From Hyaloraphidium curvatum SAG 235-1 (Eukaryota; Fungi; Monoblepharomycota): a DNA stretch of 64,000 bases. The position numbers and the translations under genes are program-made. Numbering within the stretch: the first letter of the stretch is position 1; each line of letters begins with the position of its first letter. The notes below the pieces were generated by a model. It had not been told where the DNA came from. It saw nothing but the letters and a program-made list of their open reading frames with translations, and made no database searches. Where the stretch lies: the NCBI GenBank assembly GCA_025558095.1, contig JAIVFI010000044.1, positions 186,001 through 250,000 on the forward strand, written 5' to 3'. This document shows positions 32,035 through 45,833 of this stretch, in pieces.

Positions 32035-32823
32035 CTACACTGCAGCCGGAATCGGCTTGCGATCCGCTTCGGTCCAGACGGGAGACGAAGGGGGGAACTC
32101 TGCCGTCGGCATCGGAACGTAGTACTGGCCACGAGCCACCGCACGCCGGCGCTGAACATGGGCCGCGATACCCGCAATGATGAGGGGGGCAAAGAGCAGG
32201 ACCGCGATGACGACTGGAAGCGAGACAGGGTAAGAAGCCGATCATGACCGGGACCAGAGCAACTTACAGAAGAGGTAGGCGGTGTCGGGGTCCAGGCAAC
32301 CCTCCTCGTCGTCCCATGCGCACGACGGCCACCAGTCACCATCTCCGAAGCCGAACCAGGACGCCCACGAGTAGTCGTCCTCGTCAGATGCCGGGGTGGC
32401 CTCGGGAGCATCACCCAGGGGCACCGGGGATGCCAGTCCGAGATTTGCCTTTTCAGCCATCTCGGAAGAGTTTAAGATGGTCTTCGGAGCGGCAACGACA
32501 TCGGGCTTGGACTCTCCGTCGACCATGGAGCGGATACGTTCGGAGACTGTTTCCAAGGTGACCCGCCCCTTGTCGGCCAGGTCCGCGACCTCTGCGAGCG
32601 CGGCGGCGACGAAAGCGTCCAACAGCTGCTTCACGTCGTCCTTGGAGGGATCGTCCAGCTTCGCCTTCACGAGCTCGTCCGGCTGGCCCGCATCGACGGC
32701 ATCTCTCCTGTGCGTCCGGAGCTTGAGCCAGAGATCCTTCGACCTCGACTCGGCCACCGGCGAGGCATGCGCGAAAGACAGGAGGAGGAGGAGGCAAGCA
32801 ATCGAGGCTACGATTCGCTTCAT
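32035..32823 (-). CDS. Hypothetical type I membrane protein
   Basis: Signal peptide MKRIVASIACLLLLLSFAHA; a GTAAGT intron at ~32215-32268 joins a TM segment (FVIAVLLFAPLIIAGIAA) followed by RRR and a QYYVPM tail. Confidence 0.65.
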
Positions 32824-33271
32824 GGTGTGGTGGGTTGCGTTGCATGCGTCTGTGGGGCCACGCCTTCTGAAGTCACTCGACTGTGGCTGTGCCCTCATCA
32901 AGCACGCCCCAACCCCGCTCCCCGTTTCCCATCGGGCCGATCCTGCGCCGAATCCGACAAGTAATGTCTTCAGCAAGTGATCGGATGCTGATGTGTCTAT
33001 TTGAACACATGGATTGTGTCTGTATTGGGCATTGGGCGGGAGCATCTGGCTTGACAGCGGATCTGGCAGCTCGCAGATTGGATCATCGCTCGAGCCCCAA
33101 GGCATGTGCCACTCAGGACATTGCGGTAACTCTTGAAGGACGGTTGCGGCAGGGGTTCAGCGATTGCAGCGCACGGAGGACGATCGCCGAATTTTAGCCG
33201 GCGGGATCCCAACGTTCGCCGCTCTCTAGGAATCCTCCGCGCTAGCGACTGTCCGTGCAACGCGTGCCACG

Positions 33272-34723
33272 ATGCCGGACGGAGAGGGTTCCGTCGCCTC
33301 CATCCCCGTTCCGCCTATGCCCGCTGGGCTGAAGCTCAAGGATCCCGCTGCCCCTTCGGCCACCCTCCCCTCATCGGACCTCCCGAAACTGTTCCAGCCG
33401 CTCAAGATCCGCGGAGTGGAACTGAAGAACAGAATCGCAGTCAGCCCTATGTGCGAATATTCCGCCAAGGACGGCATGATGAATAGCTTCCACCTGGTGC
33501 ACCTCGCGCAGTACGCCATCCGTGGTTGCGGCCTTGTCATCTTCGAAGCGAGTGGGGTGATGCCGAACGGAAGGTTGGCTCCGATTCGACCTGCACGCCT
33601 CGTGGACTGCGAACTGAGTCGATTCCTTGCTATCTTCTCCCAACGTCGCCCTTCTCTTGACGTGCTCCGCACCTTCTCTTTGAAGAATCACGCCGCATTG
33701 CCCCGGAATCTGGAGCGACGACCACATTGCGCCGATGAAGGCCATAAACGACCTGTGCCACCTGCACAACGCAAAGACCGCCCTGCAGATCGCCCATGCC
33801 GGCCGCAAGGCTTCTTCGCTCTCCCCTTTCCACGGCGTCGGCCACGACGTCCTCGCGGATGAGTCGCAGGGAGGCTGGCCGACCAACGTATACGGTCCGA
33901 GCGCGATCAAGAACTCGGAGACCCAAGCACTGCCCATCGAAGTCTCCAAGGAACAGATCATGGAGGTCGTGAAGGCGTTTGGGGAGGCAGCAGTCCGTGC
34001 GGACAAGGCCGACTTTGACGCCCTCGAGGTCCACGCCGCACACGGATACCTCATCCATTCATTCTATTCACCAATCTCCAACAAGCGCACCGACGAGTTC
34101 GGGGGCAGCTTCGAGAACCGAACGCGCCTGGCGGTGCTCGTCGCCCGCGAGGTCCGCAAGAACTGGCCCGCAACCAAGCCGCTCTTCATGCGCATTTCCG
34201 CTACCGATTGGGTCGATGATGAGCCTTCGTGGAGGGTAGAAGACTCCGTCAAGCTCGCCGAACTGCTGGCAGCCGAAGGGGTGGACCTGATAGATTGCTC
34301 GTCGTCGGGCGTTGCGACGCACAAGCAAAAGATTCCATGGATGGAGCCTTGCTACAACACCCCGCTCGCGGAAACGATCAAGAAGGCGTTGGGGGACAAG
34401 ATTCTCGTCGGTGCCGTCGGTAACATCACAACGGCCACGGAAGCCGAGGCGATTCTCGAAGAAGGCAAGGCCGATTTGATTCTACTCGGGAGGGTGCTAC
34501 TCCGCGATCCGAACTGGTGCAGATTTGCGTTATTCCTCGACGGGAACTTTAGCTCACTCAGCCCCGCTCCCAGGGCCGTCAATGCGGCTACAGAACTTGG
34601 CCTTCAGCCCGAGTGGGCAAGCCAATGTGAGTGCTGGGCGTCTCATTCTCGACTAGCAATCTTATTCGTGCGATAGATGATTGGTCGAAGCCAGCCGCAC
34701 CTCGCGGTATCAAGCGACACTGA
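33272..34723 (+). CDS. NADH:flavin oxidoreductase (old yellow enzyme, YqjM/NamA-like)
   Basis: [84 protein letters not shown]; three introns. Confidence 0.92.
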
Positions 34724-34841
34724 AGTGGCGAGTGGCTCGACCAGAAAGTGAGACAGTAAGCGACCAGTAGACGTGACTGCTGTAGAGTGCCAACGAATCA
34801 CATTCTTCAACCGTGCACGGCACATCGCCATCAATCATCAT

Positions 34842-37800
34842 TCAAGTCCAATCCGTGTCCGAATCCTTGACCACGAGCGAGCCCGAGCTGGCCGTCGAAA
34901 GCAGACTCTTGTCCGAACCTTGCCTGAGTAGCACTCCGCTTTTTCCCGCCCCTGGCCCCGCCCCCGATGCCGATCCTGCGGCATCACCATCCTGGCATGC
35001 GGCATCCAGCACCTCCGCCGAAATCTGGCTGTCGCTGCCGGCACTCGGAATCGGCGGGAGCATTTCGAGCGCAAAGTCCTCCATGCGCTTTGCGAAACTT
35101 GCCGCCGCGCGAGGATCCGATGGAACGCGCACTCGCGAACGCGAGGCGCTCGACTTTCGCACGTTCGCGATCGCCTGCGTAAAGCTACCGGAGGTCGGAG
35201 CTTGCGCTGACGTTTTCACGTTCGGCAGGCGGAGCTTTCGAACAGGGTCAACGACGCCAGTTGCATCAGACATTGATGACCCACGTTTCGTCGCCTCGCC
35301 GCTGCAGCTTCCTGTTCCCTGATCATGCGATTTGCGTCCAATGCGCGCTGCGAAGTTAAACGATTAGAGCCCGTGGCTAACGAATACACAGCTAGACCGA
35401 CCTTGTAACTATCAATGAACTTGGCAAAGACGCCGTAAAAGTCCTCGCACGTAGCTGCTTCGGGATTCTCGCCAAAGAATGCGACGCACTCGTGGTGCTT
35501 GAATTTCGCGCGTTGCAGCACGTCCGCAGCTTCGAGGTATTCCTCGCGGACCTGTGCCAGCTTCTTGGCAGCGGCGGCCCAAAACGCATCGGGCACCACA
35601 GTCTCGACTTGCACGGTGGTGGCAACATCTGTCGACAGATCGATTTGCTGCTGGACCATCGTGAGTTTCGAAGAACTGTGTCACAAAGCCACTCACTTGC
35701 GCCGGGGCCGCCGCTTCATCCCCGCCGTCACTATCTGGCTTTCTCTTGGCCAGCATCCTCTGCTTTTCCAGGATCTTTGACGACTTTTGAGTCGGCTTTT
35801 CCGTCGAGATCGGAGGTGCTTTGTAGGGATTTTTCGCGAAGCGCTCCAACTTATGCAGCTTCTCGCCGAACTTTGACTTGGTCTCCTCCAAATCCGTCAG
35901 GGATACTGTTGGTACAACGCTCAGTGATGGTGCATCGAGTGAAGACGGCCACCAGGCCGACCTCGAAACGCGTCCTTGGCGGATGCTATCTCCTCCGCGA
36001 AACGCGCGGCAGGCAAGTCCTGGTCGACAAAGGTCTTGGCCAGCAGCTGCATCAAGCTCATGGACCCGTCGGTAGCCTTCGTGTCTTGCAGCTGACGAAC
36101 CAGGTCAAGCATGTATCGCGAGGCTTGCAATGTATGCTCACCCGCAGAATGGTTCCGATTTTGATGCCGTATGCTGCGCCCTGCGAGACGTCTCGTGCGT
36201 GAGGACGGTTTCGGAATCGATGGCAGAGACTCACCTTCGTGCGGAAATTCATGAAGTTGGAAACATCGAGCACGGCCTGTTGGCCAATACGATCAGCGGA
36301 CCGATCCATGTCGACAAAGAGGCTCTGACTTACCTTGAGCACGTCGCTCAGAGCTTCGCTCTCCATCAAGCTCGTCGCAGCCCGGGCAATGTCATCAGCC
36401 CGGTCCTTCAGGTTCTGGAGCTGTTCGGTTGCGGAGTAGATCAGAGATAGGACCGCAAATCGTTCTCGCACGTCTGGTAGGTTTGCGAGCTGTCATGGGG
36501 GTCAAAGAACGTCCAAGTCGACGACCGTGCATCGCACCTCTTTCACGAAACGATCGGCAAAGCTAAGGCCTTGGCTCGACTCCAGCTCTTTCAACTGGGC
36601 TAGCTTCTTGTCATCAGGAAGAAGATTTGCAAAACCATCCACAAAAGTTTCCGAAAGGTGCGTGTCTGCCGAATCCGACTGCAGCCAGCGGCGTATGACT
36701 TCGAAACTGATGCCGCTTTTGATGAGTGGTTGCAGCAGGATCTCTGCGACCACGTTGAGCTAGGCGGGGAAGGGCGCTGCGGCAACCTACCGAGGGCTTG
36801 CGCCGTCTTTCCGTCCACGACGTTCGTGGTGCTCGCCTTCCCGGCCGCGGTAGACAGCGATTTCGCCTTCTTTGTCGCCTCGTCTCCGAAACGAAGCTCG
36901 ATCTCGGACCAAATGCTGTCGTCCGCGAAGACTTTCCTGGGGCCCGTCGACGCTCCGAGGAACGCCAATTGGCTCGCCGAACCTTCCGGTGGCGCCACCT
37001 TTCGGCACCAAATCGTGTTCAGTGCCGCATTGTCCGGCAGCACGTCCACCTGAACAGTCCTGAAAGACGTATTGGGAACGCGATCGATCGTTTTCTTCGG
37101 AAGAAGCGGTACTGGAGTTGCCGCGTCGAAACCCGGCGGTGGAGGCGGGGGCGGAGGTCCCGATCCCGGAGGCGGCGGTGGCGGGGGTGGTGGTCCCGAA
37201 CCAGGAGGAGGTGGTGGTGGTGGTGGGGCTCCGAGGGTTGCATTCGAGGGCGGCGGGGGAGGAGGCGGTGGGGGACCGCTGCCTGGCGGGGGTGGCGGAG
37301 GCGGAGGGGCAACCGTCGCAAGAGTTGTAGTCGGCGCTTCCGATGCCGTGTCAGAAGATGCCGGCGACGTCGAGGCCGGCGCGAAAGCAGATTGGACGGG
37401 CGCGATGGCGCCAGTCTCGCCGATCAGCCCTGCGCCGGATACCCTAGCTTCGATCGGCTGAGCCGCCGGCAAGAACGATCGGCCCAATTCGAGTTCCGTA
37501 AGCTTCTTGCGCTCGAGCTGGAGCAGATCGTCCGCTCGGGATCGGAGGCGCCTCTCCTCCTTGAGATCGTCCACGATCGACTCGTTGAGCACCGTGGCCA
37601 GTTCTTGAGCGTTGGAGCGTACCAAGGCAGCCGCCAAGTTTGTGACGGCTTCTTTGTGCTCCTCCCCGGATGAGTTGAACGTCCGCAGCAGCTCCTTATT
37701 CCGATCCATCAGGCGGTTCGCATGCTGTTCCCATGTCTGAGCAGCATTTTGAAGCATCGCATACTTTACCTCGTGCTCGGAGCGTAACGTCGCTGTCCAC

Positions 37801-40288
37801 CGCGGGGCATCAGCATCAATCCATTGCAGCGTCAGCATCACGCACCGATCTTGGCCTCCGACTCCCGTTCCACGGTCCTCCTAAAGCTCTTCTCGTCGTT
37901 CAGCTGCCTTTGCAGAATCTCAATCTTGCGTACGTTGCCTTCCGCTAGATCGTTGGATACCCAATCCGAAAGCAGTTTCGAAACGGTCTGTTCGAGCTTC
38001 CCTTCAAAAAAAGGGGTCCCGTAGGAGTTACTGGAGAACAGGTCCTCCGTGTCCATGAGCCTGGCAGCCACTCTGCCCAAGAAGGCTACCATTTTGGACC
38101 TGGCGACGATTCCATGAAGCACAAAGCCAGCGGCGTGCGAGCTGTCTACTCACGCTCTCCTGTTGTCCAAGAAAGAAGTTGCCAGCCAGATCTGCCGGAG
38201 AAGGCTAGCAAAGTCCTCGCGCCCGGTCCTGGAGTCGGGTGTGCCTTCGGCCGCGACGTCCTTCGCGAAAGCCTCGTCGATCTGCTTCGCCAGTGCCGAA
38301 ATGCTAAGGACCTTTCCCTCGATGACGTCCTCAATATTCCGGGCATTCGAAGCCATGTTCGCCTCCAAGAGCTCCTTGAACTTGCCGAGTTCGTGGAAGT
38401 GCATCGGGAACTCGTCGCGCGCAAAGCCAGAAACGCGCGAAAGCACGATGTCGTAGCCGCAGCTGAAGAGCTGGGGAAAGTAGCAGGTGGTAACTGCCAC
38501 CTCGCTTGTGCAATCCAAGATTGCATTGACCAACGTCATCGCCGAAAGCTGGCAGCCACAGAAGCCGATTAGCCATGAAGGACGAGATCTGCTAGAAACA
38601 ATGCGACATGTACTCACAAGAAACGCCATGCCGTCGCTTTCCCGTTTTGCGCTCGCATCCGAGGTCCAAAAGCTAAGCGACGCAGCACCCGGCGTCGCGG
38701 GGGAAGCCTCGTCGGAATCTCCGGAGCCGGCCAAAGAAACGGCCTCTCCGCTGATCCCGCTGACCACCGACATCCGATCCGAATCGTCAGGTACCACGGG
38801 CTGGGCAACGTTCCGATCTCTGTCTTTGAACTTCGCGACCACGCCTCCCATCCCGCTCCCGCGAAAGGAAGGCAGGCTCCACCCGGTCTGCGCCTTGGCC
38901 GAGGTTGGCGGCTTGGCCCCTGCAGCTGGCCTCGCAACACGAGACTTGTCGGCCCCGACCGACGTGCCAAAAATGCCGCGGGAGTCAAGAACCTCAAGAC
39001 AAGGCTTCACAAGGCAGCGGAAAGGGTTCAACTGCGCTGTAAGGCGGCCGGCAACTTGTTGATAGCGCGAGTCGCAGTCCTCGAGCGCCTTCACGACCTT
39101 TCCGAGGCAGTCAGACGGATCAGAGGAGTTCGTGGGCGATTTCCCGCTCCCATTGTCCTCGACAGTAATGCACATGAAAGTCAGCATGTCGGCAACAACG
39201 GTGCGGACTTCCCATGATGGGAAGTCCAGGAGCAAACAGAGATCCAAAGGCATGCTGTACGCCATCCCGACGACAGTGGAGCCGAAGACACCCTCGATGC
39301 TTTCCATTCGCCGCGTGAGACGGACTATGGCTTGTTCAAGGTTCCGGTGCTTCTGCTCCCTGGACTCGATGTCAGAACAGCTCGGGCCTCCCGGCAAAGC
39401 ACCCACCGCGCGCCGATCTGTTGAATCGCGACCAAAGCCTTGAACATCAGTGCGAGTCCTCCGCACTCCAAAAAGGTCCGTGGCCACGATTCGTCTGCTG
39501 CGTGGGCGTGGGTGGCGATTGCAGCAGCAAGCTCGGAGCTCGTTATCCGCTTGTTGACATGCGGGGGTTTCTGCGCCACTGTGGCATCATGTTTGGAGAT
39601 CCAGCTGTTGAGTTTCAGGCAGAGTGCTTGCGGATCGGTGCCCTGTGCGAGGAATCGAGATGGTGAGCGCGGAAAGCGCCAGTCAAGGCTGTGTTCCGAC
39701 CTCGAGTTCGTTCAATCCGAAAAAGTTGAGCATGAACCTCCACATGGTGCCATGGTCTCGGGAATCGACGCTGCTCAAGGCTCGTATTGTGCTCTCGTCA
39801 CGCGCATTTCCGATGGCCTTGGGAACGAATAAGGATCCGGCACGAGGGGAAGGACCGCTACCTACCGAAAACACAAGATCAAAGCATGGTTTGACATCCT
39901 CGCGAGGTGGCACTACTCCGGGTCCGGTTTTGTAGTATAGCTCCAGCACGCGCGCCCTTCCATGTGCCCCCTGTAGGTCGCTTGCTCGCCCAACCACCGC
40001 CGATGGGGGGTTCGCGTTTGTGCCCTGCACGTTATCCCGCCCTGATTGCCCCTGGTTCCCGCCCGGAAGGGCTACAAGCATGCTGCTCCGCCGAGAAAGG
40101 GTCTCTGCCCCGGTTTGGGTCCCCCCAGGGCCAGTGCGATCCGCGGCTCCCGGAGCACCCTCCTTTCCCGAAAACAAGCCCGTGAAGATAGCACTCATGG
40201 GGCGAGACTTGCGCAGAAGCTCCGGTCTCCGAAATGCCGGCGCCGGGTCGGGCCCTCCGCGGCCGGCTGGCGGACTTGGATCCGCCAT
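34842..40288 (-). CDS. Formin (GBD/FH3 - coiled coil - FH1 - FH2)
   Basis: FH1 polyproline region at 37130-37310; FH2 motifs TIW, SNFMN, GAAYGIKI, LQDTK..SLMQLL, FFGENP...FYGVFAKFIDSY; more than 12 introns. Confidence 0.88.
37130..37310 (-). repeat. FH1 repeats (PPPPPPPPGSG)n
   Basis: Five polyproline runs, three followed by GSG. Confidence 0.9.
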
Positions 40289-40487
40289 TGGTGCCCGGAG
40301 TCCAATCCCATGGGCCAGTCCAGAGGGCGTCTCCCTAAGCAGGCCCGCGGGCTCCGCGCTGCCACAAGGACGCCCTTCAATCTGCCGGAGCGCCTTTGTC
40401 CTATCCGGCGCGCGGCGGGTTCTGCGGCGCCGAGCTTTGGAAGAACGCGCGCAAACCGCCGCCGCTGGCCGTCGGCGCAGCACAACA

Positions 40488-40872
40488 ATGGAACCCCCGG
40501 ACGACGCGCCTGCCGCCGAATCGCGGGAAAGCAGTCGACTGCGTTTCGAAATTGAACTGGAGTTCGTCCAATTGCTGGCAAACCCGTTCTACCTTCAATG
40601 TGGGACACGTCGCGCGCCGTTCGCGTGGGAAGCCAACTTCCCGCCTCTTTACAGACCTCGCGCAACGCGGCTTCATGAAGGATCGCGCCTTCGTGAACTA
40701 CTTGGACTACCTGCAGTACTGGCGGCGACCGGAATACGCAAAGTTCATCGTCTTCCCGGATTCGCTGGCGATCTTGGACCTGCTGCAGTACGAGGCCTTT
40801 CGCGAGGAGATCGCAAAGGCGGAGGTGGCGAGATTCGTGTTCGAAACCGAAACTCAGGCACAGAGGCGATGA
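40488..40872 (+). CDS. SOH1: Mediator subunit 31
   Basis: RFEIELEFVQLLANPFYLQ / LAQRG..DRAFVNYLDYLQYWRRPEYAKFIVFP..L.ILDLLQ..FR; one intron. Confidence 0.95.
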
Positions 40873-40971
40873 TGTGGTGAGGGGAGAGGCAAAGGAGGTC
40901 TATATACATGGTATAATGGAGCGGAATCGACAAAGGAAATCCGGGTAGTGCGCCGTGAAACAAAGCACGCG

Positions 40972-41890
40972 TCAGTAGTAGGAATCCTCTGGGTTTGCTG
41001 GCGGTAAGCTGTGGTCTTACGGCGTGAGGAGCGGGCTCACCTCCGCCACCGTCTCCCCCGTCGTCCTCGGCGTCATCGGCATAGTAGTCCAGGAGGTAGT
41101 CCGTTTCCTCCTCCATCTCCTCCTCATCGTATCCGTCGTCCTCCCAAAACGGCTCCCCCTCTGCGTCAAAATCGACAACGCCGCCCGCGGTCCTTCGTCC
41201 CTTCTGCGCCTGGCTCTCCTCCTGCTCCATTCGGTCCAAGTCCTCCTTCGAGAGGCCCACAACATCTTTTGCCCGCGATGGTCTGCTCGTTGCTTCGGTG
41301 GAGATCAGCGCGCGATCGTTTCTAAGCGCAGGTAAACCCCACCTGGTCTGATGGAGGGGTCCTTGAGGAACCGCAACTCCTCCGGAAAGAACGTCGGGAG
41401 CGCCGGGGTATCAACGAAACGGTTTCGATCCTCGTGCTGTTTCGTTTGCGCTCTGGCGTCGGTCGAGTTCCCCTTGTCAATGTCTGGCGACGTCACCGGG
41501 CCGCCGCAATGAGATGAACACTCGAAAGGCAAGACGCAAAGAGATGCACACCCTTCCTTTTGGCCGTTGGAGGCGCCAAGTAGTAGATGCTGCCCTCCAT
41601 TGTCTTCCGGAAGGCCCGGGCAATCTTGACCAACTCCAGTTCCTCCTCGGTGGGCTCTTGGGGAGGGTACTTCTCGGCTTGCCACTCCTAAGGCAGAGAA
41701 AGGGTCATGAAGAGATCCGAAACGCGTCGAAATGCCCGGTGCGGCCCACAGGGAACACTTTCACGGGGTCCTCGAACTTGAGCGTGTCGGCGTCGAAACC
41801 AGCCGGGAACCGGCTGTCCGAGGAGGCTCCCGTCCGCGTGCCCCCTCTGCCACGACCGCGAAAGCCGCCACGGCCCATTCCTCGGCTCAT
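40972..41890 (-). CDS. RPC31: RNA polymerase III subunit C31/RPC7
   Basis: MSRGMGRGGFRGRGRGG start, P..FP, FFPEEL, and an acidic tail EEETDYLLDYYADD ending GGGEDSYY after the last intron. Confidence 0.8.
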
Positions 41891-42086
41891 CGTGGCGGTA
41901 GGACCCGCTTTGGGACTCTCCACGCTCCTATTTACGTAGCGTCAGTCGCCACAGGATCGGATGATCGGATGTTCATCGCACCCGGCGCTCCCGCGAACTC
42001 CGTCTCCCACTTCGACCGCGAAGGGCCTACCCACCTCGCATTGGCTCCGGAAGTCACAGAATCAGACATTTGAGGCGGAAGTTGCA

Positions 42087-43407
42087 ATGGCCGCCGAGGC
42101 AAAGGACATACCCCAGATCGCGTGGAACCCCGAGACCGGAATCCAGCTCGCCGCGCTGAAGGAGGCCACGTTCCCGCCTACGTACTGGACCTACAACCCG
42201 AGGGACCTGATTTTGTATAACTTAGCGAGTTTACGTGCGTCTTTCTGGTCTACGTGGAACTAATCCGAGCTGGGTAGGGACTCGGAGCCAAAGCCGAGGA
42301 GCTCCACCTCGTCTTCGAGCTCAATCCCAACTTCCACGCCATCCCTACCTATGGGTGCATTCCCGGGATGATCGGTGTGGGGACGGTGACGCGCTACATG
42401 CCTCAGTTTCTCTCGGGGTTCAATGTGAGAAGACTCCTGTTGCCGGTCGTGCGACTTTCCCTCACAAGATCTTCAGGTTGCGTACCACGTTCACGGAGAA
42501 CACTACACGGAGCTCCTGAGCCCCATTCCCACCGGGGGCAAGCTCCGGACGGAGAGCAAGGTCGTGGACGTCGTGGACCGCGGCAAGGGCGTCACCGTGC
42601 TCATCGGCCTCACCACGTACGACGAGAGCGGAAAGAAGATCGTCTACAACGAGGTTCGATGCCATTCTACGGCGGTTGGGCCTTGGGTGACTGTGGATTC
42701 TATTCCAGTGGACCAGCTTCGTGATGAAAGTCCCTGGCAAGGGCGCCTCGAAGGCTGGAGGGGCGCCGGCCATCCCTCCCGTACCGACGGACAGGGCACC
42801 GGACGTCGAAATCGAGGAGCCCATGTTCCCGTCGCAAGGTGCCCTGTACCGCGCCGCCGCGAACGACCTGAACCCTCTTCAGTAAGCGATCGCACCGAAA
42901 GCCCGCGTGAGCTAGCTGACAGTTCAAACAAGCATTGACCCCGACGTCGCGAAAAGGGGCGGTTTCGGTAAGTAGTGCTTCCGGCTCGTTGTTGGTTCAT
43001 GCACTGATTCCGCTTGGTTGCAGCTCGTCCGATCCTTACCGGTTTGTTGCATGAGGGGCTTCTGTCTGGGTGTCGCTGACTGATCTTGCTCCATCTCAGG
43101 CACCGGGACTTTCGGCATCGCTGGTGAGCCTGGCACCTGTCGAAAACCAAGCACGTGTTGACTTCTGTTTACAGGTAAGAAGTGCCTCCAGTACTTTGGC
43201 AACAGCGACCCCCTGCGCTTCAAGTCCATCCGCGGCCGGTTCACTTCGGCCGTCTACCACGGCGAGACCTTCAAGATCCAGATGTGGAAGGCGGGAACCG
43301 GCCCCGGTTTCGCCAAGATCATCTACCAGGTCTCGGTCAAGGAGCGCGGCGTCAAGGTCCTCAACGGTATCGTGGAGATTTGGGACGAGCCTCGGAGCAA
43401 GATTTGA
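42087..43407 (+). CDS. Stand-alone peroxisomal 2-enoyl-CoA hydratase 2 (MaoC/hotdog fold)
   Basis: RDLILYNLGLGA, HGEHY, VVDRGKG, ALYRAAANDLNPLHIDPDVA, RFTSAVYHGET; ends SKI* (PTS1-like); six introns, the first GC-AG. Confidence 0.85.
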
Positions 43408-43874
43408 GCTGTAGGAGGATGAGGAGAGCAGAGCGCCATTAGAGAAACCGCAGGCGAGATGGCGCGTGCGAGGGTCTTTGACGCGTGCAGATTGTGTGTT
43501 TGGTTGAGGGGTTGCAGGGGCCGAAGGTTAGGGCCAAACAGGCGGCCTATTCCCAATTGCCGGAGCTCCACTGGACGGGAGGGTGCTCTGCACTGCCGGG
43601 ACTGTTGCCGGCTTCATTGCGGAGTCCTCATCGGGAGAGACGCGGCGGTTCACGGAGCCGGGCGCAGGGCGGTGCACATCTTCCACGGACCGGCGCGCGG
43701 ACTTCGGACGCCGATCGGCCGGTTGCATCAGCCGTGCGGACACCGTCACAGCGTGCCTGCATCGTTTCTATTGCTGGTTGCTCCGTTCCCGGCATAGCAG
43801 ACTCGTAGTCCGGGCAGGGGACGGTGTTTGGGTCTCGGCGACGGCAGCGGGCAACATCCGGACGCGCCTTCACG

Positions 43875-45833
43875 ATGCGCACGACGCCGTCTACTCCGTC
43901 GGCCGCGTCCAAAGATGTTCTTGCAGACGCGCGAGAATTCATTCCTGGTGCGTAGTGCCGCGGGAACGGGCACGGCAGAGCACCGTTGACTCCGTCCCCC
44001 GCCGCCCTCAGACCGGCTGTACTTCACCTGGCGCACCGCCATGCCGCACAACGCTGACAAGGTCCACTTCTTCACGGTCGACAACGAGCTGGTGTACGTG
44101 CCCTTCAACCAGGACTTTGGGCCCAACTCCATGGCCCAGGTCTGGAAGTTTTGCGAAATCGTGAAGGCCAAGATGCGCGTGAGTTCCACCCGACGCATCG
44201 TTGCCGGCTCGTCCTTGACTCTGCCATGCTGCTCATGTCGAATACAGGGCCATCCCCGGGAGAGGCTCTGCCTCGTGAGCAGCACGTCGTACGACAGGAA
44301 GACCAATGCTGCCTTCCTCATGGCGTGCTACATGGTGGGTCCCAATGTTCTCGCCATCCCGAAATAGCTGACGGCTTTCCTTGCACTATGCAGATGTTCT
44401 GCCAGGGCAAAACCCCCAGCGAAGCGTGGGAGCCCATGACGGACTTTGACCACGGCATCACCCCCTACCGCGACGCAGGCTACGGCCAGCCCACCTACTT
44501 CCTCACGATCCCCGACATCCTGAGCGGCCTCTACAAGGCGCAGTCCCACGGTTTGTTGCATCTCAAAACCTTCGACCACGCGGAGTACGAGTGGTTCGAA
44601 AAGGTGGACAATGGCGACTTCAACTGGATTTGCGACAAGTTCATCGCCATCGCCAGCCCGCACGACGAACGGACGGATCTGCAGGTCGCCGGCCACATCC
44701 GGCTGCAGCGCACGCCCCAGGGCTCCATCATGGACCTTCTCGCGACCCGCGATGCCACGGTGAACGCGTCGCTGGATACGCTCGTCACCTCGGCGGGCGG
44801 TTCGCAGTCCGAGGTGTCCACGGACTCGGTCTTTGGCTCCGGCCGGCGGCGGCGGGACGGGCGCCAGCTCTATTCGTGCTACAGCGTGGACGACCTGGTG
44901 GCGTACTTCAAGGAGTACGGCGTCTCGGCCATGGTCCGGCTCAACAACCGGCTCTACGACCGCACGCGCTTCATCAAGGCGGGCATCGCCCACCACGAAC
45001 TCTACTTCCCGGACGGCACCACGCCCCCGGAAAGCGTGCTCCGCCGCTTCCTGGAGATCTGCGAATCGACCCCCGGGACGATCGCGGTGCACTGCAAAGC
45101 CGGGCTGGGCCGCACTGGCTCCCTCATAGCGTGCTACCTCATGAAGCACTACCTCTTCACCGCGGCCGAGGTCATCGGCTTCCTGCGCGTGCTGCGCCCG
45201 GGTTCGATCGTCGGCCCCCAGCAGAACTGGCTCGTGGGGATGCAGGCGCGCATGTGGAAGCTGCACCCGGCCAGCCCGCTGCCGGCGCACATCTCCATGC
45301 TCAGGGAGCCGAGCTTCGTGGCCACGGCCAAGCGCGTGGAGGGGTCCGTGCAGGCGATGATGCGGCTGGCGAACGAGCTGATGGACGCGGCCGACATGGA
45401 GGTCGACGAGGAGGTTGACGTGTCCAAGCTGGCGATCCCGAAGCAGCCGCGCAAGCCGCAGGCACACGCCGGCTCCAAGGTATGCTCTACCGTGCAGGTT
45501 TTGCAGGCACAGATGCTAACATACATGCACGAACAGTCTTCCGGCCCCATGCGCCGCACGAAGTCGCAGCAGATGAACGAGGCGCTCGACGGCCTGCAGC
45601 TGAGTGTCAACTCGCACTACAAGGTCGTCAAGAACAACAAGGTCCGGCCCGCCCCCAAAGTGGACCGGATCGACACTGCGGCCGTCGTCAAGCCCGCCGC
45701 TGGTGCCACCACACCCTCGTCCTCCGGGACCCTGGTCATGTCGACGCCGCCGAGCGGGGCGCCGACCACCCGCAGCGCGTTCAGGAACCTGCTCAGCGTG
45801 TTCACCGGGGTCGGCTCGGGCGAGAGCAGGTAG
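43875..45833 (+). CDS. CDC14: Dual-specificity phosphatase Cdc14
   Basis: EFIP/DRLYF, YVPFNQDFGP, NAAFLMACYM, PYRDAGYG, YEWFEKVDNGDFNWI, VRLNNRLY, FPDGTTP, VHCKAGLGRTG, RPGSIVGPQQNWL. Confidence 0.96.
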
